Shown here piece by piece: positions 10,416 to 19,450 of a stretch of DNA of 64,000 nucleotides. Made by a program: the position numbers and the translations under genes. How positions within the stretch are numbered: position 1 is the stretch's first letter; every line of letters begins with the position of its first letter. The DNA comes from a virus. The stretch is taken from the IMG/VR virus record IMGVR_UViG_3300010885_011343, positions 1 through 64,000 of that record; one strand, 5' to 3'. The notes beneath the pieces were generated by a model, which was not told the DNA's origin, ran no database searches, and saw only the letters and a list, made by a program, of their open reading frames with translations.

Positions 10416-11270
10416 TTACGTAGTAGTATGCCAATCGTTATCATACCAAACGTACATTTTTGAGGTGTTTCGAATAATTATCGATTGCCCTGTGTATCCA
10501 TCAATGGGCAAAGAATCTACTACATTCATATCGTAAATTCCCGTTCTAGTGTCGGTTACGCCTGCAAAATAAGTTAAATTTATATCCACATTTCCATTGA
10601 TACCATCAATGTTGCTAACTCGGGCATATACCCGTTGTTCTGCTGGATCTTCTTGATTGGCAAAAATGCTGTATTGTCTTTGTTGTATTACGCTACCGTC
10701 GTCCAATAATACTGTTCCGTCATCGGTTAAGTGATCCAGCGTAGCCCAAAAAGTATAAGGGTTTGTTTCGTTTTTTTCTTTAGTGGCAAAAACTTCTACT
10801 AGACAGGGCCGACTAACTGTTAGGCCGTACACAATACTGCTGACCCCAATATCCATATCAAATTCTTCTATTCCGCCAGCTGGTAAATCATTGATAAAAT
10901 AATTCCATTTTTTACGTTCGATGCCTACAGAATTCTTAGCCCAGCGGGTACCTTGAACACCATCACTGATAATTACGTCTCCGGACTGTCCAGAGTCTGT
11001 GGGCAGTGTAAATGCATTGGCTACTGTAATGCTATTACCAGTTATGTTGTTATTAGCAATAATGTTACCTTCAACAAACAACGTGGCAATAGTTTCTCCA
11101 ATGTCAACTGCTGGGGCAATGTGTACAGTATATTCGGGACTGCTGGTGTTAATACCAACTCGACGACGGTTAACATCAAAGTAGATTAGATTGCCATCAA
11201 CACTGAGATCCAGACCCTGACGTTCAAGGTCTGCAAATAGCATTGGTCCCGAAATACGTCCGATAGCCAT
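10416..11270 (-). CDS. Fibre-type virion protein
   Basis: 284 aa. N-terminus MAIGRISGPML...RVGINTSSP and FTLPTDSGQSGDVIISDG are typical of phage fibre segments. Confidence 0.55.
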   Translation of the reverse strand: MAIGRISGPMLFADLERQGLDLSVDGNLIYFDVNRRRVGINTSSPEYTVHIAPAVDIGETIATLFVEGNIIANNNITGNSITVANAFTLPTDSGQSGDVIISDGVQGTRWAKNSVGIERKKWNYFINDLPAGGIEEFDMDIGVSSIVYGLTVSRPCLVEVFATKEKNETNPYTFWATLDHLTDDGTVLLDDGSVIQQRQYSIFANQEDPAEQRVYARVSNIDGINGNVDINLTYFAGVTDTRTGIYDMNVVDSLPIDGYTGQSIIIRNTSKMYVWYDNDWHTTT

Positions 11271-11271
11271 T

Positions 11272-11694
11272 TTAGTTTTGTGTTACTGTAGTTCCGTATC
11301 CGTGCAATACGACGATAGGTTGGGCATTTCCGGGGGTGCTGGTAAAGCGAATAGAGTCTCCATTGACTTGAAAAGCTACACCTGGGTTTTGAAATACGTT
11401 GCCAATGAATACTAACAATCGAATCTCGTCACCGGAGTTATACGAAAAACTCATCGGGCCAAAATCTCTGTCTGTACCATTGCCAGTAAAGGTATCTTTG
11501 GTTAGTTGTACTACACCTTCTGCGGCAAACGTTCTCCAGGCACCAAGGCTATAATATTGTATCTTGTTGCTGGTTTCGTTGTATCGAACCAACCCGTCTA
11601 CTGGGTTTGTTGGGCCGGCTGCGCTAGGACTATAAGGCACACGGATAGCATAGCCACCTGCGTGAAGTTCTGTATTTTTAACATAACGTCCCAT
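11272..11694 (-). CDS. Small virion structural protein
   Basis: 140 aa. GLVRYNETSNKIQYY...W segment plus a beta-sandwich repeat (TFTGNG...VFIGNVFQNP) common in phage tail proteins. Confidence 0.55.
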   Translation of the reverse strand: MGRYVKNTELHAGGYAIRVPYSPSAAGPTNPVDGLVRYNETSNKIQYYSLGAWRTFAAEGVVQLTKDTFTGNGTDRDFGPMSFSYNSGDEIRLLVFIGNVFQNPGVAFQVNGDSIRFTSTPGNAQPIVVLHGYGTTVTQN

Positions 11695-11696
11695 TG

Positions 11697-12005
11697 TTAT
11701 ACACCAATGTTATTTACAGTGGCTACAATTACACTGTCCACCGGAGACCAAGCATATAGACTATCTCCATCGTCTAGGATAATTTTTTCTGTGTCAATGA
11801 CATAGGTGTCACCGGCAGTCAAATTGACATTATAATAAATGACATTGGTAAGACCCGCGGACTCCCCAGATGGCACTGCGTGAAGATGAAACTGTGCTGG
11901 CGCTGTACCGGTGTTACAAAAATATGCAACCACTACATCATTAGTACCAACGCTGGTATAAATGGCAGTTGGGGTAGATGTCAATAATGTGCTTTGAATA
12001 GCCAT
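11697..12005 (-). CDS. Small phage structural protein
   Basis: 102 aa, beta-rich (EKIILDDGDSL), tightly packed in the operon. Confidence 0.55.
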   Translation of the reverse strand: MAIQSTLLTSTPTAIYTSVGTNDVVVAYFCNTGTAPAQFHLHAVPSGESAGLTNVIYYNVNLTAGDTYVIDTEKIILDDGDSLYAWSPVDSVIVATVNNIGV

Positions 12006-12013
12006 AACTTATC

Positions 12014-12604
12014 CTATAATATCAATGAGTATACAAACGCCTTGCGTTTGGTAATTAATTCGTTTCCTTGAACTTTTTCGTTGGCTACAAAAAATCCAGT
12101 GTCACCTTCTTTAGTAGCTTTAGCATAGATTGTACTGTATCCTGCCTTGGGCACAGGGTCGGTGGTAATTTGTGGTAATCGAACAATAGGCCCAATTTCC
12201 ACAGCCTCACCAGGATCTGCGGTGATCATAAAACCGTTAACGATTAAGTTGCCACCTAGTTTGGGATTTTTATCTAGTTCAACAATTGTTCTACTAAATG
12301 CATTCCATAGAGTACCATCTATAGTATATTGCCATTCCGTTGTTGATTCGTGCCAACGAAGTCCTACTTTAGGCAAAGCACCTCTATCAATTTCAATACC
12401 AGCATCTAAGTTAGGGCCGCCTGCTTGCCCTGCTGCCAATGTAATAAAATTATCGTAGATAAAAGTGTCAACAGATTCAACCTTACTGCTGGTGCCAACT
12501 ACAACCAAATTACCGTTTATAGTAACTGTGGTTGCCGTAACATCAACATTACTGCTGAGTGCTGTTAAATTGTAATCACTGTTTATTCGTTTTATGACGG
12601 CCAT
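12014..12604 (-). CDS. Fibre-associated virion protein
   Basis: 196 aa. ITLAAG...AGIEIDRG...LRWHE...W and PKLGGNL fibre-like motifs; TAAATA box upstream at 12629-12624. Confidence 0.55.
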   Translation of the reverse strand: MAVIKRINSDYNLTALSSNVDVTATTVTINGNLVVVGTSSKVESVDTFIYDNFITLAAGQAGGPNLDAGIEIDRGALPKVGLRWHESTTEWQYTIDGTLWNAFSRTIVELDKNPKLGGNLIVNGFMITADPGEAVEIGPIVRLPQITTDPVPKAGYSTIYAKATKEGDTGFFVANEKVQGNELITKRKAFVYSLIL

Positions 12605-12645
12605 AGATTGTCCTAAGTTAGTGTATTTATGTCAGTTGAATTGAT

Positions 12646-12676
12646 AAAAAAATAGCCGCTTAAGGCGGCTATTTTT
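12646..12676. terminator. Intrinsic terminator (symmetrical, potentially bidirectional)
   Basis: AAAAATAGCCGC-TTAAG-GCGGCTATTTTT perfect inverted repeat with A/T tails, downstream of 12693-13043. Confidence 0.85.
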
Positions 12677-12692
12677 ATACGGCAATACCGGT

Positions 12693-13043
12693 TTAAGCAA
12701 TGTTCCAGTATTCGTATGACTCAATCCATACATAACCTGCAGGGGGTGTAACTTGGTTAACGCTGGCAATCCAGCCAGCTGTTGTACCATTTCTTAGTGT
12801 AACTTTTTTGCTGGTAATTTTAGATACCGTAGTTACATCACCATTGGGCAAATGTGCGTGTAGTGCCATTTCACCAGCAGCAAGGTCGTTGTCGTCTGCA
12901 CCCGTCATTGTGTAGATGTTGCCATCTTCAAGAAGGAACTTTTTAGATCCTTTTTGTTTAACGATTCTAGAACCGCTTAAACCTTCGGCATTGTAGATTG
13001 CTACGATATCTGCTAATTTGTGTTTGTTAATTGGACGTCCCAT
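12693..13043 (-). CDS. Virion protein, short paralogue of the N-terminal domain of 13045-14115
   Basis: 116 aa. MGRPINK...IVKQKGSKKF...VSKITSKKVT parallels MGRPLNK...IVKQTGSKRF...ITKIATHKVT. Confidence 0.65.
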   Translation of the reverse strand: MGRPINKHKLADIVAIYNAEGLSGSRIVKQKGSKKFLLEDGNIYTMTGADDNDLAAGEMALHAHLPNGDVTTVSKITSKKVTLRNGTTAGWIASVNQVTPPAGYVWIESYEYWNIA

Positions 13044-13044
13044 T

Positions 13045-14115
13045 TTAAAAACCTGACCCTTCTGTTGGATTATGTGAAAATTCTAAGTCGTTACCGTTGT
13101 ACTTTGTTCCGTCTGCGGCCTGCAAATAAATTTGGGCTTTACATCCGCCAGTGAATTCACTGAACCAAATACGAATTGGATACCATTGCTGTCCAGCTAG
13201 TGTAACAGAGTTAGCATTTGCAACGCCTGCTATAGTTGCGTTAGCTGGCAAGACTTTATTGGTACTGCCCAATAAACGTGTTGCGTTTGTTGGAGCATTT
13301 AATGCGTCTGTCCCAATCCACATAGCAATGTGATCGTCGCTTTCTGCGTAGAAGTTATAGTTTTGTGCAGTACTACCCGGAGCACGTACATAACCTTTCC
13401 ATTCAATGGAGAAATTATGTTCACCTAGGCCGTCACCATCGGTTTGTTGTCCCCAGCTTACATCTTCATCGGCAATAGATTTGATAAAATCTGCTGTGTC
13501 AAAGAAGCTGTAGTTCCACGATGCCGGAACTGTATTGTTAGCGGCACAGAAATTACCATCATATTTGTTACGTAATAAACCTGGAGTTGCGTTAGTAACA
13601 CTGGCTACGTTGCTCAATGGGTTATATGGAGTGCCTTTGTTTGCAAATGTAATACCTGCAAGTGCAGTGGCAGCAGTTCTATACGTACCAGATCCAGGAA
13701 CCGGATAGTCACCGTTGATATCATCACCTTCTAAGTCGTCACCATCTGTTAGTGTACCATCTTCGCCAGCTTCTTCAATTTGTACTCGAGCATCGCCGGT
13801 GTTATTGCCAAAGGACCAAGGCATAGATTCGCCATTGATTGTAACTTTGTGAGTGGCAATTTTTGTAATTTGACCAACGGTGCTGTTGTCATAGGCCACT
13901 GTAATAGACATTTCGCCTTGGCTTAAATCTGCACTGGCTTTTTCTACTAGGTAGCAAGTTGCGCGGTTGCCGTCTTTATCTTGGCAGATAAAACGCTTGC
14001 TGCCGGTTTGTTTTACAATGAATCCAGGGACACTAGCGTCACCGTTGAAAAATTGTACTTTTAGGTTATCTGCGACATTGACGCCGAAGTACCTTTTATT
14101 AAGGGGTCTTCCCAT
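13045..14115 (-). CDS. Virion decoration protein with C-terminal PA14/GLEYA carbohydrate-binding domain
   Basis: 356 aa. NFSIEWKGYVRAP...YNFYAESDDHIAMWIG...WYPIRIWFSEFTGG matches the PA14 signature including the DD motif; RBS AGGAG. Confidence 0.7.
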   Translation of the reverse strand: MGRPLNKRYFGVNVADNLKVQFFNGDASVPGFIVKQTGSKRFICQDKDGNRATCYLVEKASADLSQGEMSITVAYDNSTVGQITKIATHKVTINGESMPWSFGNNTGDARVQIEEAGEDGTLTDGDDLEGDDINGDYPVPGSGTYRTAATALAGITFANKGTPYNPLSNVASVTNATPGLLRNKYDGNFCAANNTVPASWNYSFFDTADFIKSIADEDVSWGQQTDGDGLGEHNFSIEWKGYVRAPGSTAQNYNFYAESDDHIAMWIGTDALNAPTNATRLLGSTNKVLPANATIAGVANANSVTLAGQQWYPIRIWFSEFTGGCKAQIYLQAADGTKYNGNDLEFSHNPTEGSGF

Positions 14116-14262
14116 TTGTTTTCTCCTGTTAGCGTTCTAGGCCTACGCGGTGGGTGCCGCATAAATCATACTGAACAAAATATTTATCGTTTTGCCTTAA
14201 TTACATTGCAAAATAACTACTAAAGTTTGATTATTGTGTACATAGCTAAAATAAATACTTGT

Positions 14263-14694
14263 ATGATATATACTACCTCCCAAGACAACGATAGACTAAT
14301 GTACCTTAACAACCCCGTTGAGTTTTATAAATTAGTTGACCAAACAATAAGCTCTTTCATTGAGGATGCTATTTTTACCTTAGATGGAGAGTTCCAACAA
14401 GGATTCATCTATTCACTTGGAGAAATACAGCTATTAATTGACACAAGACAACGAGTATTGTTTAAAGAAATTTCAGGAGAAAATAATCCTACTAGAGTTG
14501 CACGTTTAGAAAAATTAGTCAATGATGCTATTACTATCGTTGACAGTTTGCTGTATGCACGAACCGAAGAAGATCTAAGTTATAAAAAGAGATTTGATTT
14601 TGCATTTAAAACGTACCTAGACCAGTTTAATTCCAATAGCATAGATCCAAACAAACGTACTAATATAGATGAGCTGTTTTTTGGCTTACTATAA
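14263..14694 (+). CDS. Hypothetical alpha-helical protein (lone plus-strand gene)
   Basis: ORF track 14227-14694. ATG at 14263 preferred because it follows TAAATA (14252-14257); terminator downstream. Confidence 0.5.
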   Translation: MIYTTSQDNDRLMYLNNPVEFYKLVDQTISSFIEDAIFTLDGEFQQGFIYSLGEIQLLIDTRQRVLFKEISGENNPTRVARLEKLVNDAITIVDSLLYARTEEDLSYKKRFDFAFKTYLDQFNSNSIDPNKRTNIDELFFGLL

Positions 14695-14716
14695 TTCACT
14701 ATAAAATTAAACCAAT

Positions 14717-14742
14717 AAAAAAGCGCCCTAAGGCGCTTTTTT
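14717..14742. terminator. Bidirectional intrinsic terminator
   Basis: AAAAAAGCGCC-CTAA-GGCGCTTTTTT between convergent genes. Confidence 0.85.
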
Positions 14743-14759
14743 GTTTTGTTGATTAAAAA

Positions 14760-15140
14760 TCAATCGTAGCTTAAATTACCGCCACGCAATTCAGCGTTCC
14801 AAACGTAGCAATCTTCGTTGGCGGCAGCATTAACTGCATCTTCTAGTAAACCGTTGCGGTTACCATCTCCGGCTGATCTACCAGCAGGAAAAGGTGCAGT
14901 AGTTGCAGAAGCAATAACAGTTACCATTGAACCGCTAGGACGGCCAACTACGTATAGTTCTAAGCAAGTCTGTAGTCCACGGATAACTTGAGCAAAACGA
15001 CTGTCAGAATCTTCGTAGTCAGTTTCAATGTTGTTATCGCAGTCAACTACGAAAACAGCAAGTTCACGTGTTCCAAATGTTGTTGATGGTTGAGCCTTGA
15101 TGTAGTTGGCTGCAACTGGGGTTCCAATTAATGATGGCAT
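14760..15140 (-). CDS. Small head-associated protein (hypothetical)
   Basis: Start moved to ATG 15140 (MPSLIG..., RBS AAGGA); own TAAATA box at 15188-15183; lies directly after the capsid gene. Confidence 0.55.
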   Translation of the reverse strand: MPSLIGTPVAANYIKAQPSTTFGTRELAVFVVDCDNNIETDYEDSDSRFAQVIRGLQTCLELYVVGRPSGSMVTVIASATTAPFPAGRSAGDGNRNGLLEDAVNAAANEDCYVWNAELRGGNLSYD

Positions 15141-15201
15141 AATATTTCCTTTGTATATTACTACTTGTTGAGTAGACAAACATATTTATTGTATATCCAA
15201 T

Positions 15202-15228
15202 AAAAAAGGCTCCGAAGAGCCTTTTTTT
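15202..15228 (-). terminator. Intrinsic terminator after the major capsid gene, C(UUCG)G tetraloop
   Basis: Minus strand AAAAGGCTC-TTCG-GAGCCTTTTTT. Confidence 0.9.
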
Positions 15229-15254
15229 CCTTCCCATCCCTGGGCATTCCGATT

Positions 15255-16433
15255 TTACTGGAATGATAGGTTCTGAACAGCGATCTCAGAAACGTAGTCG
15301 CCTGCGTTGCCTAGAGAAGAAGCTGTGTTGGTCAACTCAATGTAACCATAACGTGTCATAAAACCAACTACTGGTTCAAAAGTAGCTGGGTCAAGAACAA
15401 CGCCAGAGCTCATTAGAGGAATGTAAGGGCAATAGAACGCGGCTGCATCAGCCTCGCTAGAACCTTTGTAACCAACTAATACTGGTGTGCTGTCGTTAGC
15501 ATAGCTATCAACGTAAACACGCATTGCGCTATTCAATGTACCAACATACTTAGTGTTTGTTGGAGCTTCAAATGTACCTTCTGTAGTGCGAGCAAAAGCA
15601 GAAGTTGTAGCAGACTGTAGAACAGTCAATGCGGCTGGAGATACGATAGCCCAGTTACCTGCGCCACGACGTGTGCGTTGAGCGATCAAGTTACTTGCGC
15701 GGTTAACTAGAACAGCTAGAGCAGCGTGTTCGTCACCAACGAAAGTAGCAGTACCAGAAACAGCAGCCTGGTCGTATGTGAACTCAGTAGCTGCCAAGGC
15801 ACGTAAAGAGCCTAGGATTTCTTGGTCGATTTCAACTGTGATTTCTTGTGCTAGAGCAGCCATAATTTCTGCTTCAACATCCAAACCGTGCATTGCTTGT
15901 GCATCTTGCGCGGCTTCAAATGTCCAACGTGCAGACATTTTACGTGTTTTAGCTTCAACAACTTGCTTAACGATCTGAACGTTGATTTTACGTCCTGGTA
16001 CGCCTTCAAGTGCGCTTGTACCAGCGGCGCGGCCAGTGGCAGCATCACCAGAGTAAGCAACAGCAATTTTGAATGGGCTTAGAGCTTCATCACCAGCAGT
16101 TGTGCTTGTGTTGTAGCCAGATCCATCAGCCATTGATTCTGCATAACGAACACGTAGAGTGTGGATCTGTGCAACAGGTCCTGTCATTGGCTGAACACCA
16201 ATGATTTCGTTAGCAATAACGGTAGGCATAACACGGCGAATAACTGGTAGAATAACACGGTTAAGTGTTGCTACGTTGCTAGCTTGTGTTGCGCCAACAC
16301 TGGCATTTTCAGCCAAGTGTCTACGAGTGTTTTCTAAGACAACAGCCATTGAAGTACGGCGGCTACCTTGTAAGCCTTCTAGTAGGGCATCTTTAGTTTC
16401 GCCCCAACGGCTCTCTAATAGTTCTTGTGACAT
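15255..16433 (-). CDS. gp23: Major capsid protein, T4 gp23 family
   Basis: 392 aa. IIGVQPMTGP, VEAKTRKMSARWTFEAAQD, YCPYIPL and FEPVVGFMTRYG are gp23 hallmarks. Confidence 0.95.
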   Translation of the reverse strand: MSQELLESRWGETKDALLEGLQGSRRTSMAVVLENTRRHLAENASVGATQASNVATLNRVILPVIRRVMPTVIANEIIGVQPMTGPVAQIHTLRVRYAESMADGSGYNTSTTAGDEALSPFKIAVAYSGDAATGRAAGTSALEGVPGRKINVQIVKQVVEAKTRKMSARWTFEAAQDAQAMHGLDVEAEIMAALAQEITVEIDQEILGSLRALAATEFTYDQAAVSGTATFVGDEHAALAVLVNRASNLIAQRTRRGAGNWAIVSPAALTVLQSATTSAFARTTEGTFEAPTNTKYVGTLNSAMRVYVDSYANDSTPVLVGYKGSSEADAAAFYCPYIPLMSSGVVLDPATFEPVVGFMTRYGYIELTNTASSLGNAGDYVSEIAVQNLSFQ

Positions 16434-16461
16434 TTTCTTAATTTCCTTTAAGGTTAACTAT

Positions 16462-17556
16462 TTATTTTAGCCCTGCTAAACGCTTCAATTCAATGACATT
16501 GGTGTCATCTCGTTGATGTGCAGTAGCGGTCTTATCTCCAGTGACTTCAACGCGGCTTTCGTTAAGGACGGCCTTTTCAGACTTCTTAACTACGCTGTTG
16601 TTTAAGACGGCAGGTAGATACTTTTCAAATGCAGACTGTAGTTTGTCAGACTGCACGTTCTCAAGAAGTTCCATCATTACTGATGCTTTTTCCCGAGCCA
16701 GAGGTTTCAACAGGTCAGCCATTACAGCTTTACGATCTGCGGATTCTCTGATGATCTTTAATTCGCGTTCTTTGTTTTCTACCAACTGTACTTTTTCAGT
16801 AACTAGTTGTTCAGCTGATTCAATGACACGAGTTTGTTCAGTGATTTTAGCTTGTAGTTTACGAATTTCTTTATTCTCGTTCAAATGTGTTAGACCGAAT
16901 TCGCTAGCGAAAGCTTCGAATATACGGCGACCAAACATATTTTCCCGAGCAGATTGAATATCTTCTTTTAATTGACTTAGTTCCGACTTTAGATTTGTGG
17001 CAACTGCTTCTTTGACAAGACGTGAGCTACGTGCAACAAATTGTTGTTGTAGTTCACCAAGTTTTTGCTTGGCATTAGTAACTAGGCGAACCTTGGTTTC
17101 TACGACAGCTTTCTTATCTTGTTCAAACTCTTTGATTTCTTCTGCAAGTGCTTTGATAACAAACTGCTCTAGACGCTGGAAGTTTTCATTCTGTGTCTTA
17201 CGATCAGTGCGTAGCTCTTGCATTTCTTCGGCTAATTTCTTAACCAAGAAACCATTGAAACGACTTGCGCTTTCCATCATATGCGTTCTTACACGCACAC
17301 GATCTTCAACGATAGCCGCTTTCTCACTGGCGAACTCTTCAAGTTCAGCAGTAAGACTTTCAGTTACCATTTTGTCCAAAGCTTCGACCATTACCTTCTT
17401 ATCGTGTTCATAGCGGCCGGCAAACTCTTCGCGCAATTCAGCGCGAACTTGTTCTCGTGCTTCAACTAGCTTAGTTTCCCAAGCTTCGTTAATAGCATCA
17501 CGAGTTGCCTCATTGATGATGCCGCTATCGATTAATGGCTTGATAGCATCAAACAT
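16462..17556 (-). CDS. gp22: Prohead core scaffold protein, gp22-like
   Basis: 364-aa coiled coil with FGRRIFEAF motif, between protease and capsid as in T4. Confidence 0.8.
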   Translation of the reverse strand: MFDAIKPLIDSGIINEATRDAINEAWETKLVEAREQVRAELREEFAGRYEHDKKVMVEALDKMVTESLTAELEEFASEKAAIVEDRVRVRTHMMESASRFNGFLVKKLAEEMQELRTDRKTQNENFQRLEQFVIKALAEEIKEFEQDKKAVVETKVRLVTNAKQKLGELQQQFVARSSRLVKEAVATNLKSELSQLKEDIQSARENMFGRRIFEAFASEFGLTHLNENKEIRKLQAKITEQTRVIESAEQLVTEKVQLVENKERELKIIRESADRKAVMADLLKPLAREKASVMMELLENVQSDKLQSAFEKYLPAVLNNSVVKKSEKAVLNESRVEVTGDKTATAHQRDDTNVIELKRLAGLK

Positions 17557-17569
17557 TGTGGTTTATCTC

Positions 17570-18208
17570 CTATATTTTTAAGTCTCTAATCAAGCGATTC
17601 ATTTGCTCAACTAGATACTTTTGCACTCTTTGATTTTCCTTGGCTTCCCCAGCCATTTCTAGAACCTTGTGACCGTGTCTCATATTCATCAAACCCTCGT
17701 ATATTGGAGTTGGATAAGCGTGAGGCGCACTAGGCTGTGCAACAACATCTACTGTGACTATTTCAAAGTCACTCACGTGCCCGTTGCTCTCGTTAACGTT
17801 TCCGCTACCGCGACTTGACACGCCCAATTTAACACCACTTTCCAACATAGTTTTAACTAGTTGGCCCATTGGTGTTGGTAGAATCTTTAATTTACCGTGT
17901 CCGGCAGGACCGTCCATCCACATTTCAGTAATCATATGGCTAACACGATCTAAGTTAATTTTCAAATCATCTGGATGATCAACTTCGCCTAAGACGCTGT
18001 TGCCAGTTTTGATTTGTTCATTAATAGTAGACACGGCTTTTTCAATTTCATTTACAGGGTATACACGTTGGTTAGCGTTACGAACGCCACCTTCAATGAA
18101 TACGCCCTTCATAAAAAGATTCTTACTCTTGCCAGTGGAGTCATCCTCAATGAGAACCTCCATCCTGGCCCGATCAAATGTAAGATTTTCTTTTAAGTAA
18201 AAAGCCAT
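17570..18208 (-). CDS. gp21: Prohead protease, gp21 family
   Basis: NANQRVYP, GEVDHP, TPMG, LGVSSRGSG and VDVVAQPSAP motifs. Confidence 0.95.
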   Translation of the reverse strand: MAFYLKENLTFDRARMEVLIEDDSTGKSKNLFMKGVFIEGGVRNANQRVYPVNEIEKAVSTINEQIKTGNSVLGEVDHPDDLKINLDRVSHMITEMWMDGPAGHGKLKILPTPMGQLVKTMLESGVKLGVSSRGSGNVNESNGHVSDFEIVTVDVVAQPSAPHAYPTPIYEGLMNMRHGHKVLEMAGEAKENQRVQKYLVEQMNRLIRDLKI

Positions 18209-18227
18209 TTCTGTCTACTTTAATTAA

Positions 18228-19109
18228 TTAACGTATTTTGCCGCCAACAAGGCTCTTGGTGTCCACAGGCATTTTACCGCTTGTTGTTTCACCTTCTTTG
18301 CCCTTGGCTTTTTCATAGCTTGTAGACTTGTTTGTATATCCCTTGGTTTTTGCACCAGGAACATTTTCAAAGCTACCAGCGCCTTTTAAGTCGCCACGGC
18401 CTTTTGTGTATTGGTTGTTAGGTGTTGGAGTTGGCTTGCCATCGGCAGCTTGCTCTGTACCACCCTTAACGATGTTAGCAGTAGAACCGCCCATATCGTT
18501 TTTACCGGCTACAATGCTTTTCTTGTTGATAGTAGCTGTGTCACCACGGGCACCAACTGCGCTACCTTCGGATTCGCCTTTTGGCCAATCAGATCCAACT
18601 TTTTCAACGTATTCACGAACAAAGCCTTCTTCAGCTGGCTCGTCCATTCCAAATTCGGCTTCGCCGCCAAATTCCGGATCGTCCATATCATCGCTGTGCT
18701 CTTCTTCGCTACCTTCGTCTGACATTAAAGCATCAAACTCGGCTTTCAATTCGTCCAGTGCAGACTCTAAGTCAGCGATACGATCATCCGTAGATGCTTC
18801 GCCGCCCATCATATCGTCGCCACCCATATCGTCGCCGCCCATATCGTCGCCACCCATATCAGCATCACTGCTCATATCGTCGCCACCAAATTCGTCATCG
18901 GCCTCTTGCATTCCGTGTTCGTCTGCAGAGATTTCGTCAACTAGGCTGTCAACTTGATTGCCGCCAACGGCTTCATCAAAATCTTCTTCATCGATGAGAT
19001 TTTCATAAATGTCGCGACTTTTTTCAACGACGATTTGATGGAAAAGCTCACGGGCTTTGTCTTCTTGCTCATTGATAATAAATTCAATTAGCTGTTCATA
19101 CTTGTTCAT
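18228..19109 (-). CDS. Acidic prohead core / internal scaffold protein
   Basis: 293 aa, highly acidic with DMGGD repeats; between portal and protease, where T4 has gp67/gp68. Confidence 0.55.
   Translation of the reverse strand: MNKYEQLIEFIINEQEDKARELFHQIVVEKSRDIYENLIDEEDFDEAVGGNQVDSLVDEISADEHGMQEADDEFGGDDMSSDADMGGDDMGGDDMGGDDMMGGEASTDDRIADLESALDELKAEFDALMSDEGSEEEHSDDMDDPEFGGEAEFGMDEPAEEGFVREYVEKVGSDWPKGESEGSAVGARGDTATINKKSIVAGKNDMGGSTANIVKGGTEQAADGKPTPTPNNQYTKGRGDLKGAGSFENVPGAKTKGYTNKSTSYEKAKGKEGETTSGKMPVDTKSLVGGKIR
18811..18860. repeat. 15-bp tandem repeat (about 3 copies) encoding (D)DMGG
   Basis: ATATCGTCGCC(A/G)CCC repeated in tandem, with a further partial copy near 18875. Confidence 0.85.
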
Positions 19110-19200
19110 AAGAACTCCTTAAAATAATAAACGCTTGTTAGATATTTACAAAATAACGGAATATTTCTGTTATAATGGTGTTTTTTGAGTCGTTTTGCGG

Positions 19201-19425
19201 TCACAAGGCTGGAGCCGCAGGCTCTTCAGCAGGTTTATACTGCTTCGAGATGACATCAATCTTTTTTTCCCGTTCAAATTTACGCACATCATTCATTGCT
19301 CTAAGACGATTAATCTGTCCTAGAGTTAATTTAGTTTTGCGTAGATCGCTGATACTCAGAACGGTATTATCGTCCTTTTCCGTACGATAACCATCGGGAG
19401 TCTCAAATAGGTCACTGATAAACAT
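19201..19425 (-). CDS. Small head-module protein
   Basis: 74 aa (RKTKLTLGQINRLR), directly downstream of the portal; TAAATA 6 nt before the ATG. Confidence 0.6.
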   Translation of the reverse strand: MFISDLFETPDGYRTEKDDNTVLSISDLRKTKLTLGQINRLRAMNDVRKFEREKKIDVISKQYKPAEEPAAPAL

Positions 19426-19450
19426 ATATGTTATTTAACCCATTTGTCAA

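Noticed and set aside
15233-15244. Small CCCA-GGGA-UGGG hairpin between the capsid stop and its terminator
   Set aside because: Only a 4-bp stem; not enough evidence without comparative data.
18811-18890. Tandem repeats as a possible CRISPR array
   Set aside because: 15-bp in-frame coding repeats with no spacers; no cas genes in the window.
18328-18957. Long antisense ORFs (e.g. 18328-18957, 34598-35239, 16541-16957, 21643-22086)
   Set aside because: Shadows of well-supported genes on the opposite strand, with no RBS or motifs.
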